Shown here piece by piece: positions 61,703 to 64,000 of a stretch of DNA of 64,000 nt (position 1 is its first letter; every line of letters starts with the position of its first letter). Below the pieces are notes generated by a model. That model was not told the origin of the DNA and ran no database searches. It saw nothing but the letters and a program-made list of their open reading frames with translations. The position numbers and the translations under genes were made by a program. The stretch lies in NCBI GenBank assembly GCA_000708835.1, contig DF237310.1, positions 28,965-92,964 on the forward strand. The letters are read 5' to 3'. Origin of the DNA: Klebsormidium nitens. Its lineage: Eukaryota > Plantae > Klebsormidiophyceae.

Positions 61703-62431
61703 CTAGAGCTGGCCAGACCGCTGCGGAATCGACTGACCCACCTCCCTAGTCACCTCATCTATCTCCTTATTGATCCACCTCTGAAAGGCGCCATACGGCA
61801 CAAGCGTCGCTGGCAGCAGCCACGTTGAAACCCCGAGCCCACCCGCTTTGTTTGCGTAACCCTCCTTCTTTACTACACCCTGCCAGTCGCCCACAACGCC
61901 CATGTCTTCGATGAGCATTCCCCCAGGGTCGGCGAACTGGCTGAAAGCGTCCGTGTTACCATCCCACTCGTTGGTCCCCTTTGCGTGCACCCCATAACCC
62001 AACTTCTCCCCTTCTTTTTCCAATCGGGCTTTCGCGGCCCGGAAGTGCTGTGTATCCACAATGTAACTGTCCGTCTTAACCCACCGGTCGTTGAGCCTGA
62101 CCTCCGCATAGGAGTGCGTTATGGGGCTCGGCGGCGGGACCGAGAAACAGCCCCTCAGTATCCGGTTATCAATGTTGACCACGTGCTGCCGGGCCTCTAA
62201 CCCGGTCTCCCTCAGCAACTCCACAAACAACGCGCCTTTGGGGTTACAGTGCCCCCGGTTAACCTTAACTGTCTGGGTTGGGGATGCGGCATCGAACCAG
62301 GCTGTGAAACCAAAAGGAATCTCCCGGACGTAGTCATGGATCCGGACCGCTTTCTCGACGGGCGTCTGGCAGCCTTGAGTAAGATGAGCCGCCAGGTCAC
62401 GGATGCCTGAATGAGGTTTGGCCATGGACAT
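61703..62431 (-). CDS. Intronless transglutaminase-like (TGc) superfamily protein, 242 aa
   Basis: Papain-like Cys-His-Asp triad pattern GHCNPKGALFVELLR / THSYAEV / RWVKTDSY, preceded by the typical EKAVRIHDYVRE segment. Uninterrupted ORF. Confidence 0.88.
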   Translation of the reverse strand: MSMAKPHSGIRDLAAHLTQGCQTPVEKAVRIHDYVREIPFGFTAWFDAASPTQTVKVNRGHCNPKGALFVELLRETGLEARQHVVNIDNRILRGCFSVPPPSPITHSYAEVRLNDRWVKTDSYIVDTQHFRAAKARLEKEGEKLGYGVHAKGTNEWDGNTDAFSQFADPGGMLIEDMGVVGDWQGVVKKEGYANKAGGLGVSTWLLPATLVPYGAFQRWINKEIDEVTREVGQSIPQRSGQL

Positions 62432-64000
62432 CTATCAGCTGAGGCCTGCAGAAAAGGACAAGGGCAGAATTATGGAAGAGGTTGGGGTCAAGTTGGTAAT
62501 GGGCTGACGACTTGGGCTCTAAGTGGACCGTTAGTGAAGAGAACAAGACAACACGCAATCTACGGTTGTGGCAGGCGAAAAGAGTACCAGGCATCTCTGC
62601 ACCCAAAGCGGTCTGCAAGCGAGACCGGTTGAGCGCAGGCTTGCTTGCGACGAGCTTTCTTGCAGACGCCTGTCTTGCATTCTGCTCGGCCCTATGTTAC
62701 ATGGGACTTGGAAAAGCGTCGACAAAGGTTTATTGCTCTGGGAGATTAGCAGTCATTAAATGATCATACGGAGGCCAGTGCTGCTGGAGTATATTTCGTA
62801 GTCAGAGAGGGACGAGTCACACGGGGGGGAAATTCCTTGAGATCGGGAATGGCTTTTAGCTCGGTCGAGGAGTCGCTTGAGGTCTCGTCGAAGGATGCTA
62901 TGTATAAATATGGCCTGCAAGTCTCATGAGAATTTCTTCAAGAATGGTAACAGAATTGGTGATTCCTTGGTCCTACTAGTACCGTACATCTGAATTATAG
63001 TAGAAGAGAAGCTAGTTCCCACCTTTTGAAACAAAAGTAGCTCCCTTGTACTCTGTGAAGACGAAATTCAGAAAAGTCTGCATAAACGTGAGAGTGTTGC
63101 CAGCTCCAGTGACATGAAGACGTGGTCACGGCCAAGCAGCAGACGCCATGTTCATGACTCAAAAAACAAGCTGTCCCCTTGAACTCAGTAGCAGCCCACT
63201 ACATAATCCGTAGGCTTCCAGCTCATCAGTGACTCACCCTTCAAAAACACCGGTGGCAAGTTAAAAAAAGCTCCACTGTGGTCAAAATCGGCTGCCGGTG
63301 CTGGGCCACAGGCCAGGCGAACAAGGTGGCGGAAACTGCTTTATTGGAGGATGACGAGGACCACAATCCGCTTGAAGCTTCACGCCTTGGATCGATATAT
63401 ACCTGATCAAATGTACCTGCAGGTTGATATCTAAAGCTATCAGTTGCACATGGATTTGAGGATAGCATCTATCGCATCAGCTCGCAAGCGATGACCAGCT
63501 ACTAGGATTGGCTTCAAGTTACAGATGAATCTGCGCGACCAACCGCATGAACTGCAGGAACATCAGCGGAGCTACATTGGGGACGCAAGATTTCCTCACA
63601 AGCATTGCCAAGTGCACGTTTTCCAAGTCTTGAAAGGCTTGTCCCTCTACTCAAAGTGCTCGACTAGCGTCAGTACTCAGCTTCCTCGACCTTTCGCAGA
63701 CTGAGCCAAGCTGCTCGCCACTTACGTCAGCCGCTGCTGCGGATGCAGGCCGGCCCGGCCCTACATTGTCGCGATGTCGACAGTACGCAACCAATCGAAG
63801 GTCGACGCGTGCCGTACGTGGCAGCACGAGGACCACGTGGAGACTGGCGGGGGATCCCCCCGGTCTGAGATCCTATCGGTGCCACGGTCGACCATAAAGC
63901 ACGGCTCGCGCTAAACTCAAACCGCATGCCTATCGTCGTCGAAACCCCGCAAAACCGGGCTCTCCTGCTCAGGGGAAACTTGAAATGCTGCCAGACTACA

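Noticed and set aside
63241-63468. Minus-strand segment bounded by a CAG acceptor and a GTGAGT donor
   Set aside because: All three frames between the candidate sites hit a stop codon; possibly UTR of a gene outside the window.

Overview
Intron-rich eukaryotic genomic DNA (~52% GC, GT-AG introns, GC3-rich exons). The gene set and style suggest a streptophyte green alga such as Klebsormidium; this is inference, not verified. By reading splice sites and checking exon phases I could assemble: a plant STAT-like SH2-domain gene (SHA/SHB family), an intronless F-box/LRR gene, an intronless gene made of two ~95-aa repeats, an NHR2A/B-like gene, a PIG3-type quinone oxidoreductase with one GC-AG intron, BUD31, syntaxin SYP61, an MLKL-type four-helix-bundle + intact kinase + putative jacalin-like lectin gene with a 2-nt frameshift, a C2-GRAM-VASt (BAGP1-like) gene, a 13-exon membrane protein with a split CxxCxGxG zinc-finger around a Pro/Tyr-rich insert, and an intronless bacterial-type transglutaminase-like gene. 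There are also two MITE families and degenerate tandem repeats. Two observations stand out. (1) The MLKL-4HB/active-kinase/lectin gene could be a one-chain sensor-switch-executioner for cell death. (2) 'Splice-junction echoes' recur: tandem, generally decaying copies of an intron-exon junction stacked in the neighbouring intron, seen at 11 junctions in four unrelated genes.
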